Assembly (NCBI GenBank): GCA_903813345.2
Contig: CAIIXF020000001.1
Coordinates: forward strand, 49,662,001-49,726,000
Direction: 5' to 3'
Length of the DNA stretch: 64,000 nt
From: Owenia fusiformis
Taxonomy: Eukaryota
The position numbers and the translations under genes were made by a program. The notes beneath the pieces were generated by a model. That model searched no databases. It had not been told where the DNA came from and saw only the letters and a list, made by a program, of their open reading frames with translations. Positions 61,801 to 64,000 of the stretch are shown here, piece by piece. The stretch's first letter is position 1. The number at the start of each line of letters is the position of its first letter.

Positions 61801-63345
61801 GAAATATAACCTCTTAATATAAGAATCTAAATGCTATTCCAGTGCTGTTTACCTAGTGAGGCACACAGAAATATAACCTCTTAATATAAGAATCTAAATG
61901 CTATTCCAGTGCCGTTTACCTAGTGAGGCACAAAGAAATATAACCTCTTAATATAAGAATCTAAATGCTATTCCAGTGCCGTTTACCTAGTGAGGCACAA
62001 AGAAATATAACCTCTTAATATAAGAATATAAATGCTATTCCAGTGCCATTTACCTAGTGAGGCACAAAGAAATATAACCTCTTAATATAAGAATCTAAAT
62101 GCTATTCCAGTGCCGTTTACCTAGTGAGGCACAAAGAAATATAACCTCTTAATATAAGAATCTAAATGCTATTCCAGTGCCGTTTACCTAGTGAGGCACA
62201 AAGAAATATAACCTCTTAATATAAGAATATAAATGCTATTCCAGTGCCGTTTACCTAGTAAGGCACAAAGAAATATAACCTCTTAATATAAGAATCTAAA
62301 TGCTATTCCAGTGCTGTTTACCTTGTGAGGCACAAAGAAATATAACCTCTTAATATAAGAATCTAAATGCTATTCCAGTGCTGTTTACCTAGTAAGGCAC
62401 AGAGAAATATAACCTCTTAATATAAGAATCTAAATGCTATTCCAGTGCCGTTTACCTAGTGAGGCACAAAGAAATATAACCTCTTAATATAAGAATATAA
62501 ATGCTATTCCAGTGCCGTTTACCTAGTGAGGCACAGAGAAATATAACCTCATAATATAAGAATCTAAATGCTATTCCAGTGCCGTTTACCTAGTGAGGCA
62601 CAGAGAAATATAACCTCTTAATATAAGAATCTAAATGCTATTCCAGTGCCGTTTACCTAGTGAGGCACAAAGAAATATAACCTCTTAATATAAGAATCTA
62701 AATGCTATTCCAGTGCCGTTTACCTAGTGAGGCACAAAGAAATATAACCTTTGAATATAAGAATCTAAATGCTATTCCAGTGCCGTTTACCTAGTGAGGC
62801 ACAAAGAAATATAACCTTTGAATATAAGAATCTAAATGCTATTCCAGTGCCGTTTACCTAGTACGGCACAAAGAAATATAACCTCTTAATATAAGAATAT
62901 AAATGCTATTCCAGTGCCGTTTACCTAGTAAGGCACAAAGAAATATAACCTTTGAATATAAGAATCTAAATGCTATTCCAGTGCCATTTACCTAGTGAGG
63001 CACAAAGAAATATAACCTTTGAATATAAGAATCTAAATGCTATTCCAGTGCCGTTTACCTAGTGAGGCACAAAGAAATATAACCTCTTAATATAAGAATA
63101 TAAATGCTATTCCAGTGCCGTTTACCTAGTGAGGCACAAAGAAATATAACCTCTTAATATAAGAATCTAAATGCTATTCCAGTGCCGTTAACCTAGTGAG
63201 GCACAAAGAAATATAACCTCTTAATATAAGAATATAAATGCTATTCCAGTGCCGTTTACCTAGTAAGGCACAAAGAAATATAACCTCTTAATATAAGAAT
63301 CTAAATGCTATTCCAGTGCCGTTTACCTAGTGAGGCACAAAGAAA
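61801..63345 (+). repeat. 67-bp tandem array, 23 copies, spanning the intron/exon junction of a kinase-domain exon
   Basis: Unit GAAATATAACCTCTTAATATAAGAATCTAAATGCTATTCCAG|TGCCGTTTACCTAGTGAGGCACAAA. The first AG ends at 61842 and the last at 63316, exactly 22 x 67 apart. Confidence 0.98.
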
Positions 63346-63491
63346 CAAGACAGAGATATGCTATGAAGAGAATGTTGAAACACAATCTCATTCTACGCAA
63401 CCAAGTGGATCAAGTATTCGCAGAAAGAGACATTCTCACCTTCACAGACAACCCTTTTGTTGTTAGCCTTTATTGCAGTTTCGAAACTAAG
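63317..63491 (+). CDS. MAST: MAST kinase exon [58 protein letters not shown]
   Basis: Kinase subdomains I-IV (AMK lysine, ERDIL). The acceptor is the last copy of the 67-bp array; AAG|GTAAAT donor. Confidence 0.97.
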
Positions 63492-63761
63492 GTAAATTAT
63501 ATTGGGATATAATGATTTTGGGACAGGCTTTTCTCCAAACACATTTTAAGGAAAACAATGTATGATACATAGTACTTGATCCTACCAATCCTGTACATAA
63601 GTACACATAGATGATGTAGTATTTTGATATACATGTATACATATAAGAGTTATGTACTATGAGGTTCTGGATACAGAGTTTATTCCAAGTGACCACTGAA
63701 CCACCAACAATACCATGTACAGCAAGGGTGTTCAATAAGTTCTACTATTACTTTATTCCAG

Positions 63762-63853
63762 AAATATCTTTGTATGGTGCTAGAGTATGTACAGGGAGGA
63801 GACTGTGCAACATTACTCAAAAATATGGGACCTCTTCCCTTAGATATGGCAAG
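63762..63853 (+). CDS. MAST: MAST kinase exon [30 protein letters not shown](R)
   Basis: Hinge region [16 protein letters not shown] / GTAAGA. Confidence 0.97.
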
Positions 63854-64000
63854 GTAAGACTGCTCTCAATGTATTGGTTATCATGTATAATCATAGAGTT
63901 GGCAGTATAATGCATCTTAATTCATTGTATATTAGCGCTATAATATTTATATGTTTTGTTGTACATAATGTCTTTTTACACATTTAAGAAGAACTATATT

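Noticed and set aside
61801..63345. CRISPR array
   Set aside because: Units are contiguous and near-identical with no unique spacers, there are no cas genes, and the repeat derives from a eukaryotic intron/exon junction.

Overview
This is AT-rich eukaryotic (animal) genomic DNA. It is probably from a lophotrochozoan invertebrate such as a mollusc, inferred only from the repeat types. The whole window lies inside one + strand multi-exon gene for a MAST-family (microtubule-associated Ser/Thr) AGC kinase. I could join 14 exons in a continuous frame with phase-compatible GT-AG junctions, from 6049 to 63853. They encode an N-terminal Ser-rich region, the DUF1908 region and kinase subdomains I-V; the gene continues beyond the window. 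There are also two well-supported and one weaker alternative first coding exons, a 29-nt microexon and a 36.6-kb intron. The introns hold many non-autonomous DNA transposons and tandem repeats. The most unusual observations are: (1) a 23-copy 67-bp array that amplifies the 3' splice site and first codons of the kinase subdomain I-II exon, giving 22 stop-containing decoy acceptors; (2) three 30-34 bp palindromes, each with a 7-bp target-site duplication (TSD), resembling P-element excision footprints; (3) a 1.3-kb element with CACGGTG termini, a 5-bp TSD and a 12/22-bp end asymmetry, resembling Transib/RAG-type transposons; (4) candidate recursive splice sites in the giant intron. Coordinates were counted by eye and no database searches were run.
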